From: Prorocentrum cordatum
Taxonomy: Eukaryota
DNA: 64,000 bases
Reading direction: 5' to 3'
Assembly (NCBI GenBank): GCA_963575745.1
Contig: CAUYUJ010000072.1
Coordinates: forward strand, 1-64,000
Shown here piece after piece: positions 1 to 9,740 of the stretch. Positions within the stretch are counted from its first letter, which is position 1. Every line of letters starts with the position of its first letter. A program made the position numbers and the translations under genes. The notes below the pieces were generated by a model. That model saw only the letters and a program-made list of their open reading frames with translations, was not told the DNA's origin and ran no database searches.

Positions 1-3000
1 CTCATGCCCCACTGGAGGAGCCTGGCCAGACAGAGCAAGGATGGCCGCAGACAGTGGAAACATTTACATGATGCAGACCTGTACCAGCAAGTCATAGACC
101 TGGCGTTGAAGAACAACATCGCTCAGGACCTGTACCTGCTGACGGAGATGCGAGCAGTGCATCAGTGCGTCAGTGCTGAGGCACATAAGATCGAGCAGCA
201 CATTGCCTCGCTGCGAGGCAAAGAATGGAGGGAGCGACTCAAGCAGGGTTCATTCACCGCATCAGCAAGTGGGCGAAGGCGCCGCCCACACCATGCACCA
301 CCACGGCGCAGATGAATGCTGGCATGCGTAACCTCGACCTGGCGGGCCTGCAGACGCGAACGGAGCAGCATGCAGCAGTATGGCATAGAGTGTGGATGTC
401 CCACCATGGGACCAGCCGAGGCGAACCGCCCCGCCCATGGGACAGCTGTGCCTACGATCGCCCGCTGACCCACGTTACCCCCGAGGCCTTCAAGAAAGTC
501 TGCAGGACATTCAGGGCGACAGCGGGAGTAGGAGCGGACCAAATGCATCCCAGATGGTTGGGGGAGCTGTCCGACAAGGGCGCGCAGTTCATGTGCGACC
601 TAGTCATGTACATCAGTCAACACATCCATTGGCCAACCAGCGTGCAGCACATCCTATACTTCCTTCTGGACAAGAACGCTACCGATACTAGGCCAATCGG
701 GCTCATGACCACCACCATGCGGATCACCGAGAGACCGCATGCGGACATTTATATTCAATGGGAAGCAAAGATTTCGCGGGACTACGATTGGGCAGCCAGG
801 GAAGGAGGAGCAGAGAACGCCATGTGGACCCAGGCCCTAGCAGAGGAAGGCCTACCCGACAATTCTGTTTATCTCAGCGCCGCGTCCGACTTGGAGAAGG
901 CTTTCGAGCACATCAGCGCCTACCTCCTGTGGGGCAGAAGCCTCGATCTCGACTTCCCGCGTCAGATGATACACCTGTTTATATTAATGTGCACGGGGCC
1001 CAGATGGATCATGTACCAGAAGATTGTCTCCAAACTCTGCGCTGTCACCTACTCGGCCGTGATTGCGGGCTCCTGTGGTGGCACCAGAGCGCTGAAGATG
1101 GTCACCATCCCAGTATGCGACAAGATCCGGGCCACGTGCACGACAGGTTTTGCACGTGGGCGACCACCAGATGCAGCGAGATGGAGGGCGCCAAGAAGTG
1201 CGCGAGGACATCTACGCTAGCACCCGGTATTACATCAACCAGATCGAGGGCGACCTCGGCGCACCCATCTCGCGCAACCGCGGGGCCAAGCTAGGCAAGA
1301 GCTTCTTCATCGCACCCGGCAAGGAGCTGCGCCACACCTGCAGGGCCGTGGCCAACCACTTCGGCTACCAAGTTAAAGCCACAGGGGAGCAGCTCGGAGT
1401 GGGCACTGCGGGGGGAGCCCCGATATCACGGAGGAAGGCTGGCTCGAGAATCCGCAAGGCCTGGGGCAGGAAGAGGAAGCTGCTCGGCCTGAAGGCCAGC
1501 GGGGCCACCACCAGAGCAGTGGTCAAGAACGGCCTGCTCCCCAGCATGTTCTACGCCTCGGCCGGCTTCGGGGCCCCCGCCACGAGCCTCAACGCGGCCC
1601 GCATCCTCATGCCCAGCGGCCTCGGAGGCGAGCCCATGGGCAAGGACAGCGCCCTCCGGCTCTGGCTTCACTCGGCCGACCCGATTGCGCAGGCCACCCT
1701 CGCCCCGTTGGGCAAGTGGGCCACGGTCATCTGGGACGCAGGGGCCGACTACGCCAAGCTCGAAGCAGGATGGGGTAGGGGAGTTCGTCTGGCAGCAGCT
1801 AGGCAGCCCCCCCCCACCGCAAGTTCGACTGGGCGCAAGCCAGGGGCCCAGCCACGGCGCTCCATGGATCCCTGGACAGGCTTGGATGGACCTGGCCAGC
1901 CCCGCACATCATCCTTACCCACAACCAGGAGCAGCTGACCATGAGGATCGTACCACCCTCCACGATCAAGGCACTCGCGCTAACCAGGCTCGAGCAGGTC
2001 GCCATCGAGAGATGGGCAGACAAGCGTGAGCTACCTTGAGTTTCGCGACCGTTTCTGGAACCAGTACGCGCCCCCCTTCTCCAGAAGGCTCAGCGATACT
2101 GCCCGAGGCGAAGAGGCGCAATCGAGAGCTACCTGTGCGCCGCCTTCTGCACGCAAGATGCACGATGGCGAAGAGGAGAAAAGGACCTACGATATTGCCA
2201 AGTATGCGGCAGTGATATCGGCACCCAGCAGCACAGGTTCTGCAGGCGCAGCGCGCTCGACCAGCAGCGCAGGGATATTGCCGAAGACAATGCTGGAACC
2301 ATTCACAGGGCCACCAGGGCCACGGAGGGAACGCCACTTTTTGCCCGAGGCATTGTAAACCATCCCGTGGCGGATCCCACTTCAGATTTTCAGGTTGGGC
2401 GAATTCAAACCCGAACAGGAGAGCCAGGCCTGCACAGTGGCTTCGCCTTCCCCGACGGGTCGGGAGTCGGGCATCCAGGATGCAAGAGTTTCGGTTGGGA
2501 TTTCTCGTTCGTGAGAGAGTCGCCGTTCGTCGTCAAATTCTCACAAGGTGGATGCCCTGCTGGCGTGCGAGCAACCCTCTCTGTCCTGCGGTGCGAGCTG
2601 TTAGGGGTCGCGCACCTGTTGCAGTACGCCGCTCCCCCGATCACAGTGGGGATTGATAATGGTATTCTGTTTCGGGGCCTCAAGAGAGGCCGAGCCTGGT
2701 GCACCAACGGGGGCTCGCTCGCATGCCGATGTTTGGACTCATAGTTGGAACGTTCTAGATGACATTTTTCCTTGCCTAGCAGGGCTCACCATGGTTAAAA
2801 TGAAGGCTCACCCTGCGCAGCATTTGAATTCGGATGACCCCAGAGTGAGCTTCCTCGCCCGAGGGAACAAAGAGGCGGACGAAGCGGCCCGAGCAGGGGC
2901 CGACCTCGCCCCTCGACCTGTTGGCACTAGCACGACGTATAAGCAGAGATATACGGACGTCAAAGCAGTTTTGAGTTTTGTGGCCGACCTTACAGTTAGG

Positions 3001-3585
3001 ACGGGGCCTTTTGCCGACACCACCCCGACCCCTCCCCCCTACCAGGAGGAGAGGGAGAGGAGGAGGAGTGCTGGCCCCCAGAAGAAGACCCCGAGTAGCT
3101 TGCAGAGACCCCACCTGCTTAGTTTCTCAGGGCCTGCCTTCTCCTGCCTCCGTTGCGGGCGCAAAGCCACCGCCAGGAAGGAGCGCGCAAAATTCAGATT
3201 CCAAGAGTGCCTGGGCCGCACAGTCAGTAGGAGGCCAGGAGGCCAAGTTCCCCCTCCTCCTCCTCCGACCTCCACCTCCGCATGTAATAGGAACCGCTTT
3301 TGAGGCCACGCACTCTGGAAGACTGGGCCCTTTGTTTTCTGTTATAATTGTGGGTGTTTCTCGTCGCTCACGTTGAGGGGTCTGGTCGGAATCTGTAAGT
3401 TCACACCTGCAGACAAGAATGCAAAGACCCGTAGGAACCGCCTGCGACAGGGCAGGCACCCCAGGGAGAGTGAGCAGCCTGCTGACCCACGGGAGTTAGG
3501 CACCGAGGAGGTCCAGAGATTCGTGGCCGACCTCGGACCCCTCGTGCCCACTCCTGGTGCTGATGCTGCTCCTCCCCTGGTATAG
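1..3585 (+). pseudogene. Decayed non-LTR (LINE) retrotransposon ORF2: RT + RNase H + C-terminal Cys motifs, frameshifted; 5' end probably lies outside the window
   Basis: ORF 225-1220 has GADQMHPRW, TRPIGL and DLEKAFEHI (RT N-terminal motifs). A frameshift near 1150 leads into HVGD (degenerate YxDD). RNase H pieces FPDGSG (~2448), ELLGV, GIDN, KMKAH and RGNKEADEAA lie in ORFs 2367-2744 and 2653-3303. CLRCG and CYNCG motifs occur near the 3' end. Confidence 0.85.
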
Positions 3586-4306
3586 TAATCGTCTCCTCGG
3601 GCTGCGTGCGCCTGCCGCTGCTGACCCGCCTCATCGCCCATTCCGCCCATTCCACCAGGTCGCTTGGTTGGCCAAGCCGGGGCAGCGCCAGGCGGGGACA
3701 GGCCAGGGGCGCGCAGCGACCCCCATTCGCCCATCCTTCGCCGACGAGGGCCTGCTTGGCCCAACCTGCCCAGGAGCGTACGGACGCGCCAACGGGGGCC
3801 AGTCGCCGATCTGTCGGCGATGCATCGCCGATTCCACGTCGATGTTCCCCTCCCCTGAGCAATCCCCCCCCCGCTGTCCCTCAGCCAAGGAGCCAATGAG
3901 CTCGGTGAAGGAGTTCGGTGCACAGACGCTCCAGCACCCCTCGGGTTGAGCAGCTGGAGCGTCGACATGCCGAACTCCTTGGCCGCCCAGGCGCCTCGGT
4001 GTGTACTTCGAGCCCCTCCTGGCCGGCCATCCCCCTCTGGGTCCCCAAGCGAGACGGGGCTGCACGTCGAGGACGTTGGCCCATATGACCCCCCGCGAGC
4101 TTTGTCTCGTCCAAGTAGTTCTTCCAAGCTTCCGAGATTGGTTCCGAGTGGACGGGGTCGGAGGATCGCACCCCATCGACGATGCATCGGCGATGCGTCC
4201 CGATGTGGAGCCTGAGTTTCTCCACGCCGGCGTCGCCGATGCATCGGCGATGCGGCGCGAGCCTCCGACCCGATCCCTTCGGACCCCATCTAGGAGGCCT
4301 CTATTC

Positions 4307-4501
4307 TCGGGCCGGGCGAAAGGGGGGGATTGGGAAAGGGGGGGTTCCGAAATTTGCTGCATGCAGCTGGTTTCGGCCTCACCGAGGGGCCCATTCCTCG
4401 ATACATAGCCGCCTCTGGCGCCGGGAGGCGCCGGGAAAATCAGCTACGTGAGCTGATTCTCAACCCCCCCCTTTGCTATCCCCCCTTTTCGCCCGACCCG
4501 A
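4307..4501. mobile_element. MITE-like element with ~40-bp terminal inverted repeats and a 5-bp flanking duplication
   Basis: tcgggccgggcgaaagggggggat... at 4307 is inverted to ...atccccccttttcgcccgacccga ending 4501. TATTC flanks both sides (4302-4306, 4502-4506). Confidence 0.75.
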
Positions 4502-4858
4502 TATTCCGCCACCTGGTGCTCGTCCTCGGCGTCCGCCCCGCCTCCTCTGCCTGGCCGGCGGCGTGGGGCGGGGGGGGGCCCGGCCGCGGAGGGCCTCCGT
4601 CGCGGGGGACCCCTTCTGGGCCAGCTTGCGGCGTCTGAGTCCTCGGCGTAAGGCAAGCGGATTCTGCATGAAAGCGGAAGGAGAAGGAGGAGGAGGAGGA
4701 GGAGGAGGAGGTTTGAGGGAGGAGGGGGAGGAGGAGGAGGAGGAGGAGGTGCGTTGCTGTTGTGGCTCAGTGTTGGAGGTTGTGAAGGGCCGTAGACGCC
4801 CAAGAACCAGCGATTAGCTTTGGCACGTCCGTCGTCCCTCTCGAGGGGGGCGGGGCTA

Positions 4859-4989
4859 TTAGTTGTTTGACCTAAACGGTTGGACCCCGCCCTCCCCAGT
4901 CGGCTTGGGTTTCTTCTCTCCCTGCTCCTGCCTCTGCTTGCCCTTCCCTTTTCCTCTCTCCCGCTCAAGCCTTCGGGGCTCAAAGCCCT
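4859..4989 (+). repeat. Split direct repeat A1 (131 bp)
   Basis: Matches 20101-20231 with one mismatch (gacct vs gtcct). Confidence 0.97.
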
Positions 4990-5042
4990 GGAGCCGACCT
5001 CAGGAGGTCTGGGCGCCCGCGGCGCCCGGAAGCGTGCGTGCC

Positions 5043-8000
5043 ATGGCTGCCCGGCGCCCGGTGCTGGCAGGCCCGGCGCGCGGGCTGGCCGCGCTGGTCA
5101 CCAGCGCAGCCGCCTACGACTGGCGCGGGCCCCTCAGCTCCGCTGTTGCCCGCGCCAGTTGGGGCCACCCGGCTGCGGCCCAGGAGGCCCCGTTCGGGTA
5201 CACCGTGCCGTACTACGACGACTCCGAGTACGGCATGGAGATCGGCGAGCCCGAGGAGGAGGGTGGGGATGCAGGCAGCCCCCAGGCGCCGCGCGACAGT
5301 GGGCCGCCGGGAGCGCCGCCCCCGCCCCCAGCCCAGGCCGCCGGAGGAGTCGACAACGGCAGCGACCCCACCAAGGACCCGGGCAGCGAGGAGTCTTGGG
5401 TGGGCGGCTGGGGTGTCTGGGCGCTGGGATTGAAGCCACTACGTGCGGGCACCTGGGCCTGGCGCCTGAGTGGCATGGGCGGAGTCGCCTACGAGAAGCT
5501 CGACAGCCTTGGGAGCGCCTTCTCCACCCATGCCGAGACAGGCTGGCTGACCAAGGATGGTGGGTGGTTCTTCTATGCTCTCGAGAAGCTGGGCCTGACG
5601 GTCTTCGGGGCCGCTTGGCCTGCCGTGGCATGGACGTTCATCCTCTTGGCTTTCCTGGCAGTGCTGGCCTTCCTCACTCACATCTGTCGTACCCTACTGG
5701 CCCCATGCGCAGCCGCCCTCTGGCTGATCGGTCTACTGGCGCGGTGCACCAAGTGCCGCCGGCGAGAGCCTGGCGATGCAGCTGCCGAAAGGTACCTGCC
5801 GCCGGCTCCGCCTGCCCTTACCCAGATCAATTGGATGGGGCCAGAGACCGGACCAGCCACGACCACGGAGTACTACAGCAAGAAGGTGAAGGGTCGTGGG
5901 ACTGGGAGGCGGCCTTACGACGTGCTAATCAAGATCGACGACCACGTGGCCCGGCTGAAGATCGACCTTTCGGAGCCCAAGCGGATCGACCGGAAGGGCC
6001 TCTGGATAGACTACCTGGCCGCGAAGGGGGCCAGCTCACGCGCACTCCGTCAGAAACTGGAGTCGCTCGAGGGCCGTTCCATTCACCTGTGCCGCGACCT
6101 GGTTTGCAGAGATCAACCTGGAGAAGTTCATTGTAAAGAGTACGCTGCCTTGGATTCCGAGGCGATCGTGGACATCGGCTCCCACGCCAGGTTCACCTCT
6201 TGCCGGGGCGTCTTCCTGCTCTGGCGGACCGTCGCCGACCTGGGGAGGGCCATCTGGAAAGTGATCGTGTTCCTTTACTGCATCCTCTCCTGCGGTTGCT
6301 CCTTTTGCTGCCGGCGACGCCGCCGTCGCAAGACAGGCGCTGCGGAGCCAGGCGTTGCAGGGAGCATCGCAGAAGTTTTGGATCAGGAGTCAGAGTCGGA
6401 GGTGGAGGCCGAGGACAGGCCATGTGAAGCTGTTCGGGTGGGCATCGTTCTACGCGGCGGCGCTCGCCCCTTGGCACCCGACGGTTGCAGGGGCGCCGCG
6501 GAGGCAGAGCCGACCACCCTGCTCTTCGAAGACGGGCAGGCTTCAGACCTCCCGCCACCCAGCGACGGGCGGAATTCGTTCGCCCATCTCTGCGCACACC
6601 GTGCCCAGGTTTACCGAGCGCCCCGGTACCGTGACAAATGTTCGCAGGTGACTTGCTACCGCCAGGCAGTTGGCAACGCAGAGGGCGTGCCACTATGTCT
6701 TCTTCATCTGGGTGGAGAAGCAGGTCGAGCAGCGCAGGCAGCCGCAGCCGCCCAGGGCCGCGGATTCCTCTCGAGCTCGGGCTTGCGGCGTCGGGCGGTT
6801 CGCAGTCGCAGCCCACGGGCGCGCGAGCAGGGCGCCCCAGTCAACGCAGCTCCCCCCGCAGACGGGGTACGGGGACCGGAGGGCCATCGCGGACAAGCAG
6901 CCCCTGGGCAACACCGACGAGAGGCCTCAGCTTCGCCGCGAGGTCCACCTGTTGGTGTCAGGTTCGAAGCGCCGCCTTCTCCGAGGGTGCCCCTCCCGCG
7001 AGACGCCAGCCCCGCCCCCGACGAGGAGACCGAGCAGGGTGACTCTCTCGTACTGCGCGTGCGAGTCCACTGGGCCGCCGGCCCGCAATGGGTTATCTTC
7101 TTGGGGAAGTCCCGTCCAGGGGGAGGGCCCGCCGGAGATGGCAGCGCGACTGTAGTAGACGTGGAGGAGCCGCACTGCAAAGACTACTCGGCGGAAGGCC
7201 AGGAGAACGTCTGCTTCACCCTCATGACCGCGGGGATCGAGTGCGCCCCCGTCGCCGGCGACCAGGGAAGGCTCCCCGCAGGCTACCTGGAGGAGCTCTT
7301 GTATCACCCACCTATCGGGGCCGAGGAGATGGGGATCGGCGTGCACGGCGTCGTCGTGAGCAGCACCATGTGGGAGAAGCTGCGTCCTTGGAACGGGGTC
7401 CCCGTCGGCGGGAAGACCAAGCGTATCGGCCGCCCTCAGTGGGCTCAGCTTCGGGCCCGCGGGGACTTGCTCGTGCACCGGCATCCCGCGGGCACCTCAG
7501 GTGATGCCCCCGGAGTACCACAGCCCACCTCCGACGAGCTGGACACGCAACTCAAGAAGCATTGGGCGAGGCTTGATCGCAGCAGTTCCCCCAAGCCCCC
7601 ATTCGGCGTCGGGTGGGGCCTGGGCGAGGAGGGTGATCTGGCCTCCTCAGCCCCTCGGCGCACTTCACGCAGCCCGGCGGGGAAGGACCACGAAGAAGAG
7701 AACACCGGGGAGGCCATGCTGGGGCTGTACCTCGCCGCTCATGAAGAAGGATCGGACGACGCCTCGGCGCTGCAGAGCGTGGCGGCAGGATACGACGAGG
7801 ACATCACCGTGGTCTTGGAGCATCTCATCAAGTACACCAAGCGTCTCATGCGCAGCAGCGGGACCGAGGAACGGGCCAAGTACCAGGCGCACATCGACAG
7901 GTGGGAAAGAAAGTTGGAGCGGGTTCGAGCCGAAAAAGATGAAGGGGTGAACCCACCCCTCGCTAGTGGCCTCTTGAAGCTAGACACCGAGCGCAAGCCC

Positions 8001-9740
8001 GATGCCAGCCAAGAGCCCAGCCAACCTGGAGATCCCCCTGGGCAGGGCGCCGCCACGAGCGCTCCGCCATTGCCGCCGCCGGCTACCCCGCCTGGCGTGC
8101 GCGTGCCGGGAGCGACTCGTTTGTCTCCGCCAGGTTTGATGCCCGGCCTCGTACCGAATCTCGGGCAGATGTTCACTAACCGGAGCGCTTATGGCCACGG
8201 AGGACTGGTTGAAACGCCAGGGCAGCCAGATCGTAGGTACGCCGCAGGAGCCGGAGAAGGTGAACCCTCAGCCGCTCTTTTCACCTACGCGCAAGTCCTC
8301 CAGAACGGTCAAGAACAGCAGCACCTAGACAACATGCGGCTGCTGCAGGCGGTGGACAGCCTCCGCAGGTCCGGCGAGGAAGAGAAGGTAGCGCAGCGGG
8401 GCACCCTCGGCGCCATCGGACGTGCCGAGGAGCTGGACGTGTGCCTGGCGCGGGGTTGCGACACCCTCGACGTAGAGGTCTGCGGTACCCTGACCGGGCG
8501 GGAGTTGTTCCATGGCCTCAAGCGCGCCTGCGAGCACGCGAAGCACGTGATGCAGGCGGTGAACTGGCCGACGACGGTGACGAACAGGATGGCGCACGGC
8601 ATCGCCGCCTTCTGTTGGGGGGGGCGGGACCACAAGGATCTGGCCGAGTGGTCGATCTCCGTGGCCGATTTTCCCCATTGCAAAGCAGAGGTGTTCGACG
8701 CCTACACCATGCACACCACGTGCAAGCTCGAGCCGCGCCCCCGGCACCCGGTCGTCTTCTCTCAGTGGGTGAGGCAGGCCGAGAACGCCATCACCGTCTT
8801 CGGGCTAGTCTACGGGCGGATGCACGAGCCCGAGCGACGCCGAGCCCTGGAGACCCTCCGCCTTGCCTACGAGGAGGACGACGTGGCCTTCCCAGCAGAC
8901 TATGTGCACAGCCTTTGGGAGGAGCTTGCTGCAACCTGGTGCGAGCAGCTTCGGGAGAAGCGAAGGGAGGTGTGCCGCATCCTGGGGCTCACCAACCCGC
9001 GCCGGGAGGACATCAAAACCATCGCCCTCGCCCCTACAGGGCCGTCTGGGAGTGCGTGGTTGACCTTTCCGAAGGTATACGACCTCGACGCACCGGACGG
9101 GTACTACCAGGTGGCGTGCGTCCCTCGCCAGGCCCGGCGGCTGCAGAGGTTCCTCCATCAGAACCTCCACGCCGGCCCCTCGAGGACCCCCAAGGCTGGG
9201 AAGGCTGACGAACACACCCCAGCAGATCAGGAGGCGCCCACCGGAGCTGGCCCAGGCACTGGAAAGGCAGGGGCCGCCGTCAAGAAGGCTGCTGCCAAGA
9301 AGCGGCCCGCCGCCCGGGCGCACCCAGCAGGGAAGGCGCTGACGTCCAGCGAGATCGGGCGCTCAGTCAAGCACGCCCCCCGGGACAAGAACGGGAAGGT
9401 CATCTGCTGGGACGCCTGCACATGGGCTGGCTGCCCCAAGGCGGCAGGGGCTGGCTGCCCCAAGGCGGCAGGGACTTGCGCCCACTCCCATGAGGCCATC
9501 AAGGGGCTTGGCAGCCTGGACTGGACCGTGCAGGCGCAGCTCATCAGGCGCGGCGGCCTGAAGTCTGGCGCTAAGGTCGACCCCGCCTCGGTCGACGGGC
9601 GGGTAGCTCAGCTCAGGGCCCAGGCCAAGGCCGAAGCAGACAGCAAAAGGGCTGGGGGAGGCGCCGGAGAAGGTCCCGGGGCCCCTGCGGGGGGCAGCCG
9701 AGCGGGAGGCGGCTGTTTGGTCCCCCCCAGCTGCCTTTGA
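5043..9740 (+). CDS. Element segment 1: hydrophobic/membrane-like N-terminus, Cys/His clusters, Gag-like region, CCCH zinc finger
   Basis: First ATG at 5043 in the 1625-aa ORF 4863-9740. Hydrophobic stretches at ~5565-5756 and ~6210-6310. ICWDACTWAGC...CAHSH at ~9402-9492. First ORF of a DIRS-order element, the usual gag position. Confidence 0.8.
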   Translation: MAARRPVLAGPARGLAALVTSAAAYDWRGPLSSAVARASWGHPAAAQEAPFGYTVPYYDDSEYGMEIGEPEEEGGDAGSPQAPRDSGPPGAPPPPPAQAAGGVDNGSDPTKDPGSEESWVGGWGVWALGLKPLRAGTWAWRLSGMGGVAYEKLDSLGSAFSTHAETGWLTKDGGWFFYALEKLGLTVFGAAWPAVAWTFILLAFLAVLAFLTHICRTLLAPCAAALWLIGLLARCTKCRRREPGDAAAERYLPPAPPALTQINWMGPETGPATTTEYYSKKVKGRGTGRRPYDVLIKIDDHVARLKIDLSEPKRIDRKGLWIDYLAAKGASSRALRQKLESLEGRSIHLCRDLVCRDQPGEVHCKEYAALDSEAIVDIGSHARFTSCRGVFLLWRTVADLGRAIWKVIVFLYCILSCGCSFCCRRRRRRKTGAAEPGVAGSIAEVLDQESESEVEAEDRPCEAVRVGIVLRGGARPLAPDGCRGAAEAEPTTLLFEDGQASDLPPPSDGRNSFAHLCAHRAQVYRAPRYRDKCSQVTCYRQAVGNAEGVPLCLLHLGGEAGRAAQAAAAAQGRGFLSSSGLRRRAVRSRSPRAREQGAPVNAAPPADGVRGPEGHRGQAAPGQHRREASASPRGPPVGVRFEAPPSPRVPLPRDASPAPDEETEQGDSLVLRVRVHWAAGPQWVIFLGKSRPGGGPAGDGSATVVDVEEPHCKDYSAEGQENVCFTLMTAGIECAPVAGDQGRLPAGYLEELLYHPPIGAEEMGIGVHGVVVSSTMWEKLRPWNGVPVGGKTKRIGRPQWAQLRARGDLLVHRHPAGTSGDAPGVPQPTSDELDTQLKKHWARLDRSSSPKPPFGVGWGLGEEGDLASSAPRRTSRSPAGKDHEEENTGEAMLGLYLAAHEEGSDDASALQSVAAGYDEDITVVLEHLIKYTKRLMRSSGTEERAKYQAHIDRWERKLERVRAEKDEGVNPPLASGLLKLDTERKPDASQEPSQPGDPPGQGAATSAPPLPPPATPPGVRVPGATRLSPPGLMPGLVPNLGQMFTNRSAYGHGGLVETPGQPDRRYAAGAGEGEPSAALFTYAQVLQNGQEQQHLDNMRLLQAVDSLRRSGEEEKVAQRGTLGAIGRAEELDVCLARGCDTLDVEVCGTLTGRELFHGLKRACEHAKHVMQAVNWPTTVTNRMAHGIAAFCWGGRDHKDLAEWSISVADFPHCKAEVFDAYTMHTTCKLEPRPRHPVVFSQWVRQAENAITVFGLVYGRMHEPERRRALETLRLAYEEDDVAFPADYVHSLWEELAATWCEQLREKRREVCRILGLTNPRREDIKTIALAPTGPSGSAWLTFPKVYDLDAPDGYYQVACVPRQARRLQRFLHQNLHAGPSRTPKAGKADEHTPADQEAPTGAGPGTGKAGAAVKKAAAKKRPAARAHPAGKALTSSEIGRSVKHAPRDKNGKVICWDACTWAGCPKAAGAGCPKAAGTCAHSHEAIKGLGSLDWTVQAQLIRRGGLKSGAKVDPASVDGRVAQLRAQAKAEADSKRAGGGAGEGPGAPAGGSRAGGGCLVPPSCL

